A stretch of DNA of 64,000 nucleotides from the human T2T-CHM13v2.0 reference genome, Homo sapiens. The stretch is from the NCBI RefSeq assembly GCF_009914755.1, contig NC_060942.1, one strand, 5' to 3'. How positions within the stretch are numbered: position 1 is the first letter of the stretch; every line of letters begins with the position of its first letter. The position numbers and the translations under genes were made by a program. Positions 15,536 through 29,403 of the stretch are shown one piece after another. Below the pieces are notes generated by a model, which was given only the letters and a program-made list of their open reading frames with translations, did no database searches and was not told where the DNA came from.

Positions 15536-16220
15536 AGATGTGGAAATGTGCATTCATTATAGCTCTCACAGTAGGTTTCTAGTGTCAGCTTTTGTAGTCT
15601 CATACTAAAGGAAGGAGACTTTGATGAGGGTAGATAGATTGGGTGTTTATCAAACATGGTAATGCAGGGGTCATAAGACACTTGCTTAGGACGAGAAACC
15701 TCACAAGTGATTCCAGGCACGGAGAGCCACGCGGAAGGAGGCCCAAAACTACATACACCCTCCTTTTAGTGTCCCAGAAAGGAAATGAGACATCAGACCG
15801 TGGGAATTACAGGGGACAGTGAGAAGCTCAACCAGGGAAAGGGAATATTTAAGGACATCATACCAGCTATTTTCAGATTTTCCAATAGCAATCATGTCAG
15901 TGAGAGACTAGATTTGTTCTAAGCTTTTGCATGTTGCAGAGTAAGGACCAGTGTGATGGAGATTTGGGTATAATTTCAGGAGGAAGTGCTGAAACTTTCC
16001 TCTGTCTTACAGTGGAGTAGCTTGTCTCTGGAGCACGCTGTCCTGCCCCTGACCACGAGGGTCCTGGCGTATGTCAGAGAACCTTGGCGAGGGCACCCAC
16101 TTCACAGGGCCCATTAGACCAGATACGCTCCAACAGCCCTTCCTCAAGCCTTGGGGTTTCTGGTTCCACAGTTTGGGAGAAGAGAAATACTGAGCAAAGA
16201 TAACCAATACGGAAGGATAG

Positions 16221-16419
16221 CTTTGTGATTTTTGCTACCCAAGAATGATATTAAATTATTAAATTCCCCCACCCCACACAATGATAAACTTCAGTTTGTT
16301 GCTCAAGATAAAAACGATCTGTGAATAAGACTTTGTCATAAAATGAGCTGTCTACTTCCTAAGCTTATTTGAGTCCTGACCCCCAACCTGAGAGGTGGCT
16401 TGTCATCGTATCTCTTCTT
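16221..16419 (+). repeat. Dispersed ~190-bp direct repeat, copy 1
   Basis: Aligns to 19158-19348; 7 mismatches over the 147-nt core (16273-16419), with a 75-nt perfect run (16316-16390). Confidence 0.97.
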
Positions 16420-17439
16420 ATTGCTTGGTGGAGGAGTCAAAATTAATAGTGGGGAATATCCCTTTCTGGCCTGTTTTCAATTATCAGAAGATTTAGCCGG
16501 CTCGGAGGTGGGGGACTCTGCTGTCTCTGCTGCCCTGCGACCTCCTGAGTTAGTTCCTTTTATCTCTTTCTGGATGCCCTCAGCCCCAGCATGCCATGCT
16601 GCACTGGCTAAATAAACCCGTAAATCTAGCTTTTGTGCCCTGCTAATCCTTTTATTTCCTAAATCTTATTTAATCCGAAAGGCTGCCTTTCATCTCTTGA
16701 ACTGTCCGCTGGGTCACTCACCCGTCCTATCAGCAGTCCTTGCAAACCCTGGACAGAGTCGAAAAGCTTCCCATAGTCTCCGGATTCTCATTAGGTGCTG
16801 GTGGACTAGGGGACTCCTGCCAAGTGGCACTCTAGAGAAAGGCCCCACCTGCAGGGGTCTGCTGCACTCAGGGAAAGTTGAGACCTGTGCATTGCTCACC
16901 TGGACACTGCCCCGCCCGCCAGCAAAACCAGCTCCTCTCCTCTGCGATGCTCTGGGATGATGAAAGGAGAAAGGTTGCCTCTCTGGCCTCCGGGACATTG
17001 GACCACAGGCCAATGACAAAATTAATTTGGGCACAAAGAAACAAGGAAGGGCCATTTCCTGCTAAGTACAATTTGGTTTTTGTCTAACTTAAGTAAAGAT
17101 AAGCCCTGGGGAAAAAGAATAGTAACTAAGACAATTTCACTGTCTAACGACAGGCAACAGGCAAATTCATCCAACATCCAAAATGACCATTTGCATCTCA
17201 ACTCCTCCTAGATGCTTATTTGGAAAAAGGATGTAATAGGAAATTAAAATCTCAGACATCACGTTTGTAACTTTGTTATCATCAGCATTTGTTTGCTGAC
17301 TTTGAGAGTTTGACTCCCCTGCCTTCCCTGTCCCAAGCGCTCCTGCCCCTTCCTATAAAGACCCACACTTTTTGGCCTGTTCCTCTATTGTCTTATGATT
17401 GTTCCTGTATTGTTACTTATTAGATCTGTTTTCATGAGA

Positions 17440-17650
17440 GTAGTTGAAAAATCCCTGGACTTAGAGTCGAGAGCATTCCATCCATCTTTAACGTAGGCTT
17501 TTTACCACTTGTCTGATGTTAGTGAAGACATGGCAAGCCCCACTGCTTCCATTTTCCCAAATGTAAACTAGGAAAGTGATATTGGCCTGGCAGTATTGGA
17601 GAAGGGTTAAATGAGATGAGAAATGTAAAGCAACTGAGAGAGCAATACAT
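17440..17650 (+). mobile_element. MIR fragment
   Basis: TAGTTGAAAAATCCCTGGACTTAGAGTC...CTTCCATTTTCCCAAATGTAAA...TTAAATGAGATGAGAAATGTAAAGCA. Confidence 0.6.
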
Positions 17651-17849
17651 AGCAGGCCAAAAAAAAAGAAAAAAGAAAAAAACAGTTAGCTTCATTGTCT
17701 ACGAAGTTTTTGTGAGGATTCGTGAGATAATGTGTGTGCAAGTGACTTTTTACTCTCAAGAAGATAATATGAGTATAAATGATGCTTGCATAGACCTTGT
17801 TTCCCCAGTGAGGTTGTAGAAGTATATGAATTATAAGAATGTTAGTGAG

Positions 17850-18148
<299 letters not shown>

Positions 18149-19157
18149 CGATAATAATGATAAGGATGTTAGTAGATATCCTACACGCCCCCTTCCCCCT
18201 ACTGCTGCCTTGCCAGGAACTGGAAAATAATCATATCAATAATAAATGAAGGAAATGAATATCTCCAAGGCCAATGTGATTAGCAACTAGTTCTAGTTTA
18301 ATTAACCAATGTATGCACCAAGCTAAAGACAAACTCTCTTATTAGACAAGCCAATGGGATGGAGAAAATAGGAAAGATGGAGAGGACCAGCTCTCCAGGA
18401 AGGGAGATGCAGCGCTGGAGGACAGGAGCTCTCTGACCAGCAGCTACCTGGCTGCAAGATATTCAAGGCAACCTACTTTCTCCTTTCTTTAAACCCCCGT
18501 TTCTAAGCAACCTTCTGACCACTGCTTTTCTCTCCCAGTCCCTTCCTACTCGGCAGGTGCACCTTGGATGACAGTCCAATCCACAGGAAGAGTCTTCCTC
18601 ATAGTAACTTAATGCTTTGCTGGTTTGGGCTGCAGAGCAGTCTCTCTCTCGAGGTGGGATAGTGTGAGTCCAGCATCGGCAGTCTGACTTTTGCTGATGG
18701 TGCTGCTAACTGCTAGCTCCTGGGTCCTCCACGCTGAGGACCAGAGTCTAGATGATTTGAGTTGCCTACGGTCCTGCCGTAAGGAGAGTCCGTTGAGTAA
18801 TACCGTCCCCTGTCTGGGAGTACTCTTTAGATTTAGTCAAAGACACTGGGAATCCAAGCCTTACTATCGGTTTCTTTGGATTTCCCATGAAGTATTCAGC
18901 ATAGTGCTTTACTTAAACAGGTGCTGAAATCATTCACTGTCTAGAAATGTGGAATATTTGCTTTTTAATACTTTAAGATGATCGTCTGAATGGTCTGCCA
19001 TCCTAGTGTGGACCTCAGCCAGACACATTCCTGAGTGATAACCTTCCCCGGGCATTTCTGCACCCACCTGTGCTCTGAATGGAGCTGCAGTGTCACATAT
19101 GAGACCCTTATAGGTCACCTGAGGCCTCTTTCCTTCTTTTCCGTGTTCTTAAAACAT

Positions 19158-19348
19158 CTTTGCGATTTTTGCTACTCTAGATTGATAAGAAATTCCCCCT
19201 TCCCACACAATGATAAATTTTGGTTTGTTGCTCAAGATAAAAATGATCTGTGAATAAGACTTTGTCATAAAATGAGCTGTCTACTTCCTAAGCTTATTTG
19301 AGTCCTGACCCCCAACCTGCAAGGTGGCTTGTCATCGTAACTCTTCTT
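19158..19348 (+). repeat. Dispersed ~190-bp direct repeat, copy 2
   Basis: About 95% identical to 16221-16419 over the core; flanks resemble a degenerate L2 3' end. Confidence 0.97.
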
Positions 19349-20102
19349 GTAATGTGACTTGCTTTGTGGAACTTATTTCATTCTTTATTGCTTTGTAAAT
19401 TGTTTTTTATATTCTTCTAGCTCCCATAAATTGTCAGCATCCAGAAAAGTTCCCTGTTATAGTTCATCTTAGAAATGCCCTGTACAAAAATGATCCAGTA
19501 AAGAGCTCAGTCCCTATTTTTTGAAAAGAATTATGCCGCTTCCTGAATATGGCTCCCTTGAACTTCTCAAGCCTCACTCTTACCTTATCACACATTAAAG
19601 CTGGTTCTAATCTGTTTAGTGTGATGTCAACCTGGGAGAACTTAAATTTTTGTAAAAAGCCACACTTTTAACCTATAGGATTCCACGAGAAATAATTGAT
19701 ATTTCTAAGGTGAAAAATGTCACTAAAGGAAGGAAGGGCTATGCTCTGTGCCTTTCCACCGAAGAACTGCAAGAAGCTGTGGTGCTGGATGGCTGGGGGT
19801 TGGGGGAGAATGGTGGTGATGGCCAACCCAGGGGCCTCTTCCCCACCCACAGGCCAGGAAGTCCAAAAAGCCGGTGGGTTACTCCAAGTATGTAATTGTT
19901 ATGGAAACAGACCCGCCCTCTCCCTTGAACCATCTGTTTCAATGTTAGAGTTTGTTAATTCTAGGGAGTTTTTGAATGTCCAAGTTTTAAATACTTTGAA
20001 GGTTATAATGATAGTTTTCCCTTAAGACATAGGTTGTTTAATAGTGTGTTAAGACATCGCTTAACTCTTATAGTACGCAGTTTTCTAAAAATGGAAAATG
20101 TG

Positions 20103-20520
20103 GGACCAGGCACCGTGGCTCATCCTGTAATTCCAACACTGAGAGGCCGAGGTAGGAGGATCGCTTGAGCCCAGGAGTTTAAGACCAGTCTGGGTAAAAT
20201 GACAAAACCCTGTCTCTACAAAAAAAAAGAAAAAAGAGGTAGGAGGATCGCTTGAGCCCAGGAGTTTAAGACCAGTCTGGGCAAAATGACAAAACCCTGT
20301 CTCTGCAAAAAAAAAGAAAAAAGAATCCAAAAAAAAAGTCTGGCATGGTGGCACCTGCTTGTACCTGTAGACCCAGCTATTCAGGAGACTGAGGTGGGAG
20401 AATCACCTGAGCCCAGGAAGTCAAGGCTGCAGTGAGCCATGATCATGCCACTGCACTCCAGCCTGGGCAACACAGCAAGACCCTGTCTCAAAAAAAAAAA
20501 AAAAAGAAAGAAAAGAAAAA
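20103..20520 (+). mobile_element. AluJ with an 87-bp internal tandem duplication of the left arm
   Basis: 20149-20235 and 20236-20322 differ at 2 positions; J-type right arm GAGCCCAGGAAGTCAAGGCTGCAGTGAGCCATGATC. Confidence 0.96.
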
Positions 20521-20854
20521 GAGGGAAGCTGATCTTTAAGGGACTTATGGCCTTAAAAAGAGAGAGAAAGAAGGTCAACACAAATAAAGTGTGTAAAGAC
20601 ACAATGGCAGCAACCTGTAAACATAGACATCTATGGAACAGCTGGGCAGAGAGGCACACACAGGCGATAAGGGGTTTTCACAAGAAATTTGAACAATTAG
20701 AAACATTTTGCAAAGCCCAGAACACATAAATCTGAGCAAAACAACCCTTCCAGGCTGGCAAGAGGAGAAGCAGATGTGACGTGGGAACCACTTAGAGAGG
20801 GGACTGTTTGTCCTTAGTGTCCCCTCCTGTGACCTAACAAAAGGTCCTCATGGG

Positions 20855-21030
20855 GTGCGCCCCGCCCGCCATTCCCTTGTGCTGGGTTTTGTGCTCCATG
20901 GCCAAGGTCTCCGCCCAGGGTCCCTTGCTAGGCAGGCCACGCGAAACACGCAGTGCACGTGTGCACACGCCATGTCCCTGGAGGGCAGGAATGTGGGTGT
21001 GGAGCAAGAGCCCGCAGGCTTCGGAGGCTC
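20855..21030. promoter_or_regulatory. CpG-enriched patch with GC boxes, E-box and MRE-like palindrome
   Basis: CCCCGCCCGCC (~20860), CTCCGCCCA, CACGTG (20956-20961), palindrome CGTGTGCACACG (20958-20969); motif evidence only. Confidence 0.35.
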
Positions 21031-22490
21031 CCCACCCCAAATCTTAAGAGCATAGTCATTAAGTGTCCTCAAAATACTTAACAAAAATAGCCTGAGACAT
21101 TAAGAGCAAGGCGTTTCCATTACTAGCACTACCCAGCTTGCTAATGCTTGCTAGCCCTGTGCTTCTCAAATGTGAATGATGTAGAACTCCCTCAGAAGGG
21201 AAACATATTCTGTTGCATCCCTAGAGTTGACCTAAACGTATTTTTGTTACAGTATTTACATACATAAACACTACATTAACATAAATAAACACTACATTAT
21301 GTCTAGAGTCCTTATATTCTTAATCAACTCTAAAACCTGGAATTGACTGGATTACATTTTCCAGTATTAGGCAGAATGAGGGCTCAAGATAAAAGTTCAG
21401 CACAATTAGACAGATAGAAGATTGCGTTTTTGTACCCAAGATGATGTGATTCTGAAAAATAGACCTGCTACAATATGTTCAAATATATACACAACCTTTA
21501 AAATCATTTCATATACCTGCATAATGATATGAGTATCACTTTTTAAGAAATGCTGCTGTGATGGAAATTAAAGCCTATTAGTCCACAAAGTTAAAAAGAA
21601 AAACATCCCTGGTGGGAAGAATACATTTACCTAATTTCCCCAGGTTTAACCTGTAGAGTTCCATGAAAAATTCTTGATGTTTCCAAGTTGAAAAAGGTCA
21701 CAGAAGGACCCAGTATGGAGAGCTATGCTCTTTCCACTAAAGAGCAGATTCAAGCCCTTGGTGCAAGGCTAGTGGGATGATAGGAGAATGGTGGTAGTGG
21801 CAGAATATGTCTGTTCTGTGAGAATGTCTTTAAGTTGATTTTTGTTTGGGCGTTAATCTTTAAAATGTACTTGCGTTAGAGACTTTTTCTCCAGATCACA
21901 GACGAGGGACAGAGTCCACCAGGTGAATGGAATAGCAGGAGCTGCCCCACCTCCCCTGACCAACTCAGCGAACCTGGGTTTGAAGAAGATGGAAAGAGGA
22001 GAGAATATCTTGCGCATCTTGAGCAAAATATGTTCTCCCGTCTCCAGTCTCCACGTTTGTAAAGTAGAGCTGAGAGGACTTAGCTTGTGAGGCGTGCCAG
22101 TGTGTGCCCTGGCAGGCAATAGGCACTTGATAAACATCATTTTCTACTCCCAGGATTAGTTTTTTGCTTCTTAATGATTGAAAGCAGGTAGGCCATTAAA
22201 AGGATGTTCAGAAAGCACTCCCATTGCACACAGTATCTTCTCCTTGTCCACTGGGGTGGGCAACAGCAGGATCCCTTCTCACGTGCCCAGATGAAGTAGG
22301 GAAAGTGTTGACAGGGATGGGAGCCAGGCCCCCAGATTAGTGAACCCTGGAATAGATGGACACGGCAGAGCGGGGCCCACAAGGAGATGCCTGGGGGTGA
22401 GGAGCGGCCCCAAGGGAAGATGGGCTAAGAGTAAGAACAGCCAGGATGCCTGTGCAAAGGGCTTGTTGGGCTGGATGTCTGTCGTCCCAT

Positions 22491-22825
22491 TTTTTTCCTT
22501 TGTTTTATTCTTTTTAAAAGTGGATTTTTTTTTTTTAATAGAGTCTCACTTTGTCACCTAGGCTGGAGTGCAGTGGTGTGATCTTGGCTCACTGCAGCCT
22601 CAACCTCTTAGGCTCAAGCCATCCTCCCACCTCAACCCTTACAAGTAGCTGGGACTACAGGCACATGCCACCACGCCTGGGCTAATTTTTTTTTTTTTGT
22701 ATTTTTTATAGAGGCAGGATTTCGCCATGTTGCCCAGGCTGGTCTTGAACTCCTGAGTTCAGGTGATCCACCCGCCTCAGCCTCCCAAAGTGCTAGGATG
22801 ACAGGCATGAGCCACGCACCCGGCC
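22491..22825 (-). mobile_element. Alu SINE (AluJ/S-like) with long degenerate tail
   Basis: Reverse Alu; TSD TGTCGTCCCATTT / TGTCATCCCATTT. Confidence 0.95.
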
Positions 22826-23749
22826 TGTCATCCCATTTAAGTGCTCTCATACTCACGTTTCATGGTGTGTGTCTGGATTCCAATGGTGATGACGGATGTC
22901 CCCGAAAGTAAACTGGATCAGACACATATGAAGGGCCAAGCACATTGCAGACATCATCATCGCTGCTCTCACAATGCCCTGAAAGATTTTCCCAGATGTG
23001 GATACTTGGTAATTCACTAAGGTAATGGTTTGTACTTGTGATATTCATTCTTCTCCAATTTTTTTAAACAAATAGTTATTTAGACGGATGGATTCTAACA
23101 AATGAAAGATTCGTGGAATAGGCTTAGGACAAGGTGGCTTTATATGTACAACTGAACTAGTTGTTTAACTTCAGATTTTTAGCTTCCACATTTATTGAAT
23201 GAGAGAAAATAAGATCTAACTTTTGAGGTTAAATTTATTTTTAAAAGGACACACATTTATTGAAAAACACCAAAAAATCAAAGTCCCAATTCCAAGAACT
23301 CCCTCAGTCATGGGCAAACTAGACTTTTCCTAGTCACTGTCTGGGAAGTTGGCTGTGAAAACTGGAAAGTTTCATAAATAGAGTTGAAGCTGCCACTGTC
23401 CTGAGTGTCATCATCAGGACCTTTGGCTGGTGATGGCTCTAGCTTTATGGTCTTGTCACAAAGGTTCTGCCTGGACACGTGCAAACCTGGGCTGAAATCC
23501 CAGCTGTGCCTATAAGAAGTCTACCTCAAATTTAAAAACAACAACAAGAAAGAGTTAAGTCACACAGCCTGGGAGCGGTAGATGGGGAATTTGTAACAGG
23601 GTTGTGGAGCCCAGAGCTGCTGCTCCCACCGCTACGGTATCACAGTGTCTCTTAGCACTAGAGATGGTCTCATTCCTCTTCCTTATTTTAAAAGCATCTT
23701 GTTCTTCGCTGAATTTCTTTTTGCCTCCTCTTGTCCGGTGCCTCCTCAG

Positions 23750-23768
23750 GAAGCTCTTGAGAAAACAG
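23750..23768 (+). other. Candidate micro-exon (19 nt)
   Basis: Pyrimidine tract then CCTCCTCAG acceptor; consensus donor CAG|GTAAGT. Confidence 0.25.
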
Positions 23769-24105
23769 GTAAGTGATAAAATAAGCAGCTGGAGAGGCGG
23801 CTGCCAAGTGAGCTATGTAGGAAGGACCATCACCCCTGGGGTACCTCCCAGAGGAACCCTACTCCCAGCAACACGCTGTTGACATCTCAGGACCCTGTTG
23901 GGGAGCAGAGCCAGCCAGCCTGCTGCTGGAGAAGCCTCTAGAAATGTCCTCGCCTCTAGAAGTCCCCTTCATTTCGTGGATAATTGAACTGTGGTGTGAG
24001 GCAGTCTGGGCCTGTCTGGAAAAGGTTTTCTTTCAGCCAGTATGCTGGGGAGCAGGCAGCTTGTTCACTAACCGGAGTGAACCCTCTCCCCCTTCCCTTG
24101 CTCAG

Positions 24106-24131
24106 GTGCTGAAGGAGGCAGCAGCTTTCAG
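24106..24131 (+). other. Candidate exon (26 nt; alternative donor after 24535)
   Basis: Branch CACTAAC (24066-24072), tract CCCTCTCCCCCTTCCCTTGCTCAG, donor CAG|GTAACC; alternative AGG|GTAAGC at 24535. Confidence 0.3.
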
Positions 24132-25309
24132 GTAACCTAACATCCGAGGAGGTGATCCAGCCCACGCTCACGAGGAAGCCGTTCCCAGCCTTCCATGGGA
24201 ACCAGATGAAGAAATAATAAAGAAAATGCCAAGAAAATTAGCCCCTCAAGCCAGGAAGCCCGGGGCCTTTGCTCAACCCACAGGCCGCAAGAGACAGTGC
24301 CAGATATCCAGAAAGCCCCATCCATGGGTCGGGCATGGCTCCCAGAAGCTCCTAGGGATGCAGGTGTGGGGTCGTTGAGAAGCTCGGCTTCTTCAAGTCA
24401 TTTGGGTGACGTGGGATTTTTCATTGTCACCTCCTTCTGCATCATGGCTGGGCTGAGTGACCCTCACTGTGGACAAGGACCATGCTGTATACTCTGGGAG
24501 CTGCCAACACCCCCAGGGCCCAACCCTGCTGGAGGGTAAGCTCATGTGATCAAGGAGCTCTGATGCCTCTGCACATGCGGTGAGGGCCAGAAGGCATCTG
24601 ACAGCAATCCCGGGGCAGCCCAACCCATGAACTGGAGAGGAGTTACCCCAACCACAGGGGCCTGGGACAGGGCCTGCAAAGGAGACCTGAGTGACAGGGT
24701 CGTGGCCAAAAGAAAAGGTGCCTGGGCATCCACATACTCTTGTCCATTCTGTCACTCCTAAATCTCTATTCTCTGCATTTCCAGTGGCTGCCTGGTCTGC
24801 ATCCTCATCCACAGCTCAGGTCCCTCCCAGTTCCCTTTACTGTCAGCCCCACTCCTGCTCTGCACAGGCTGTGCTCCTCCCCTGTGGCCATGCCACCTCC
24901 CACTTACCCTCTGACCTCAGGGTGTCTGCAGAGCCCACTGCGGCTCCCTTGAACTGAGACCAAGGAGGCGCCGCTCATGACCCTTGCTTTGGAAACTTCC
25001 ACTGTTTCTTTCCTCTCCCACCCCCTAACCATGAATCTGATAAACGGTCCATGGTCCTTTGATAACAGGTGTTGGTGGTTAACATCTGACTCTAGTCAGA
25101 CGTCTGCATTTTAACAGAGGCACTTATGAGAATGCCCTGACAAGTCTGGTCTCACCAGCATTGCAGGCAGCAGGGCCCACCTTGCAGGTGGGCTGGGGGA
25201 TGTTATTAGGCAGACAGAGCATTTTTGTCTCTATAATCAAAGCACTGAATAACATGTTTATTCCACTTCTCCTAAAACTTGTCGAGGCCCAGCTAGCACC
25301 CACCCACCA

Positions 25310-25684
25310 TGATATGGTTTGGCTCTGTGTCTCCACCCAAATCTCATCTTGAATTGTACTCCCATAATTCCCACGTGTTGTGGGAGGGACCTGGTGGGAG
25401 ATAATTGAATCATGGAGACAGTTTCCCCCATACTTTTCTCCTAGTAGTGAATACATCTCACAAGATCTGATGGTTTTATCAGGGGTTTCCACTTTTATGT
25501 CTTCCTCACTCTCTCTTTGCCTGCTGCCATCCATGTAAGATGTGACTTGCTCCTCTTTGCCTTCCACCATGATTGTGAGGCTTCCCCAGCCACTGGACCT
25601 GTAAGTCCAATTAAACCTCTTTCTTTTGTAAATTGCCCAGTCTCAGGTATGTCTTTATCAGCAGCATGAAAACAAGCTAACACA
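25310..25684 (+). mobile_element. THE1-type MaLR solo LTR
   Basis: TGATATGGTTTGGCTCTGTGTCTCCACCCAAATCTCATCTTGAATTGTACTCCCATAATTCCCACGTGTTGTGGGAGGGAC...ATTAAACCTCTTT...CTAACACA. Confidence 0.93.
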
Positions 25685-26399
25685 CAACCCACCAGACCAC
25701 CCCTCCAGTATGCTCACACGCCCCCTTGCAAAGGACTGCAAACTGGCCAGAGGGCACAGGTGTCCCTTTTCTAAGAGTTATAGCTCATACCAGACAGAAA
25801 TTCTCTCTACTCTATTTTATAGAGTGAGATCACTACATTGAGTGATACAGTAAATACAATGTTCATGTAAATATAACATAAAATTCAACCAAATATTTTC
25901 TGCAAATATGACATGCTTCTCTTTGCTTTTTCACATATATGTCATGTCCTGCCGTGGGACTTTAGTGTCATAGAAAGAACAAGAGTTTGGTGTCGGACAG
26001 TTATGTGTTCAGATCCTGGTGTTGGGCTACTGCCAGGAAAGATGAACCCATTCTTAAACCTGCAACACCCTTCTGGAAGGGACCTCCTCTCATAGGTCCT
26101 CAGACCTCTTTATCATAATGAGAGGAAGAAAGCACCTGCCTGGGATGGCCCACCATGTCTCTGCAGACGATGGGCTCACAGCTTGCAGGCCCCACAGCCC
26201 AGGGCTTTCCTGCACAGCTGAGAGGAAACTCCCATCTCAGGACTTCCAGCTGGGAGGAAGTTCCAGTCCATGCCCACATATGACCAGCATTGTATACACA
26301 AGCGGTATCTGCTTATAACTTGTAAATACTGATTTCACTCAGAATTCTGTCTTTGCCCTTCTCACCACTTGACATGCTCTTTTGAAGGGATGTCAGCTG

Positions 26400-27065
26400 C
26401 TACTCATAAGTCCAAAGTCCTAACCTCATGACTCCAGCTGAAACCCTTTTCTTGAGGTAGCTCTCTATTTCCCAAGGCCTGCTGCACGTCTCCACTTAGG
26501 GACTCACAGGCATCACAAATTCAGCATGTCCATGCCTGAATGATCATCTTTGCTCCCAAACCTGCCTCTTCTCCTGTATCTTCTGACTCAAACACTGTCA
26601 CACACTCAGTCATCCCAGCTAGCGTCTGTGGAGTCGTCCTTTCTGGTGTCTTTCCTTCCCGGTCTCCCTTCCCTCACATCTGAGAAGTGCAAAAATCCCA
26701 TGGGTGTCACTCCCTCTGTGCCTCTGCAGCTAGCCCCCTCTCCAGCCCCTCCCACTCTCCTCACCTTCTCCCACCTGGACAATCTCAGCTGCATCCTTAA
26801 TGGAACCCATGCCACGGGCTCTGTAGGAATGGCCTTCCTCCTCTCCTCTGAGCATGCACGCATTTTCCTGCACCATCACATTTGCTGCGGGAGGCCTAGC
26901 TTCTCTGCAAAGCCATCTCCAAACCCTGTACTGGCCTCGCATGCCCCCTTCTGGGTTGGACCCTGAAAACTTGGGGCTGTAGTGATCTGATCTTCAGAGC
27001 TGGGATTGTGTGCTGCAGAGCAGATAAGTGGCATGTCGAGTGTGTTCCATAAATGCTGTTGATGT
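26400..27065 (+). mobile_element. L2 fragment; boundaries approximate
   Basis: GCCTGCTGCACGTCTCCACTTAGG...CACAGGCATCACAAATTCAGCATGTCC is L2-like; 3' end ATAAATGCTGTTGA. Confidence 0.6.
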
Positions 27066-27081
27066 TAAGAGTGGACGAATG

Positions 27082-27378
<297 letters not shown>

Positions 27379-29403
27379 GTAGATGAATGGGTGAACCTGG
27401 TAAGCTTTGAAGAAATAAGCACAGGATATAAAAATGAACATTAGCACTAACACACTGCTATAGACTGAATGTCTGTGTCCATCCTGTGCCGAGAAGAGGG
27501 ATTTAAGGTGCTGCCTGGGGAGGCGGGAATGGGGTGGCCTGGAAGGTGACTTCTGAGTGAAGACTGGGGGAAAGGGGACTCCTTGAGGGACTGTCCAGGT
27601 AGAGAAACAGCACACACAAGGACCAAGGGGTGGCGGAGGCGTTCCTGGAGCTGCAAGTTACAGAAAAGGGGCCACTTGGCATCAGAGCTGGGCTGTGCAT
27701 CAGAGAAAATATCAATGGAAAAATGAACCCATTCAACCTGGCTCCCAGAAAAATAAAATGTTGTGGACAGGGGAGGGAAGAGTGAGGAACAAGGAAGGAG
27801 AGAGCAACGGTGGGTGCCCTGGCAGGAGCTGCGACATCCCTGCCTTGGCCTCATTCCTGGCTGGACCTCGGAGTTTCCAGCTTCCTCCTGGGCACTCTGT
27901 GGCAGGCCTGTGCCGAGTGGGGGTGACCACATCACTAGGGATTTCACCAGAGCCTGGCCTCCCCTGCTGGAGGGGCCGGCGGGCTGCAGGTTCCCTGGGA
28001 GCACTGGCCGGTGCCCAGCGGGCGGGCCAGCCACTCAATCGGGCACTGTCCACACGCCCCTGTGGCCCACTCTCTGCAGGAACTGCACGAACCTTGGACA
28101 AGGGGCCTCAGAGAAGAAGTTGGCCACTAGCCCTGCTGTGGCAAAGCAAATTTGAAGGGGGGGATTATTTCCAGTAACAGAAAGAAGTGGCTCAAATGGT
28201 GAGTTCACAGAGGGAGACTTGGTGCTTTGGAGGTGTCTGCAGCAGCGAGGAGAACCGCCCTGAACCTGTGCAGCCTCAGCTTCTGCCCCTTGCAAGCAGG
28301 GCACATGCCTTAGTGGTGATAACAGTGTGTTTGCCCGTCGCACATAGCCCCTGACTGGTGCTCAGCCTTGCCCTGTGTGAGGCCAGGGAAGGAGGTGCAT
28401 GTTCAAAGACAGCATGGCCGAGTCCACGGATGACAGGGACCCAGCCATCAAGCGCCGGCCCCTGTGATCAGCCCCAGGGGCCCTGCACTGTCCCATCTAC
28501 AGCAAGTGCACCCTTTCCCTCTGCTGTCCCTCGTTCCTCACAGCTCCCCCACTACTCTGTTAGCGCCACTCTGACAACTGCAAAGCGCTGAGCATTAAAC
28601 TCCTGATGCCCTCCTGTCCCACACGATTAGTGTGAATTCACTTAATCAGATTCTTTTTCGGAACTTGCCCGACTGAGAGAGTGGGAATGTTAAAGTCTTG
28701 AGGAGGAGGAAAGGGCAGTTTTCAAGCTGGGGAGCTGGGGCCCTGGGCCATAGCAGAATGCCTGGGAGGTGGGGTGGGGTCTTTCCGGATGTACTCGAGG
28801 CTGTGCTAGGCACCCAGGGCCATGGGCCTGGTGCCCGTGGTCCACAGATCAGACTTGGAACAGCAGTAGTGTGGGCTCCAGCATGGGACTGCCGGGTCTC
28901 CCTCCACTCCATCACTCAGAGAAAGATGCGAACAGGAGGTTATTGAGCTCCCGCAGCCTCTGTGTCCTGATCTGCAAAGGCAAGTGCCAAGAGTGCCCTC
29001 TCAAGGGGCCACTTTGAGGAGCAAATGAGATGAATTCTGCACAATGCTGAGCATAGCACCTGGCATCAAGGATTCCCTTTTGTTGGGTTGGGCATCATAG
29101 TAACAGGTAAAGGCTGCAAGACCAGGGGCTGGATTCCAGCGCTCAGGGTGGAACAGGAGGCTACAGGCTCCATCCCTGCCCTCCCCAAATCTGAGAATAC
29201 GGACAGATGAGTGGGGCGGCTGACAGCACCTCTCCCGTGGCCCTGCAGTGGGTGTGCTTGCCTGTTGTCCTGCCTGCCCTCTGCTTAATCACAAGGCCTC
29301 CTCACCAGTGACAGTGACATCTCCTATGGGAAGGGTGGAAGCCTGCTTCAAAGAACGTATCTATAATCCTGAGAAACTGAGCTTTAAATAAATTAATGTG
29401 GCA

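Noticed and set aside
21264-21299. 15-bp direct repeat ATAAACACTACATTA (a similar imperfect 29-bp repeat lies near 30123-30175)
   Set aside because: Ordinary short slippage duplications in AT-rich DNA.
27447-28343. Cluster of overlapping 100-195 aa ORFs
   Set aside because: Open frames on both strands reflect GC-rich, stop-poor composition; no domain or exon structure.
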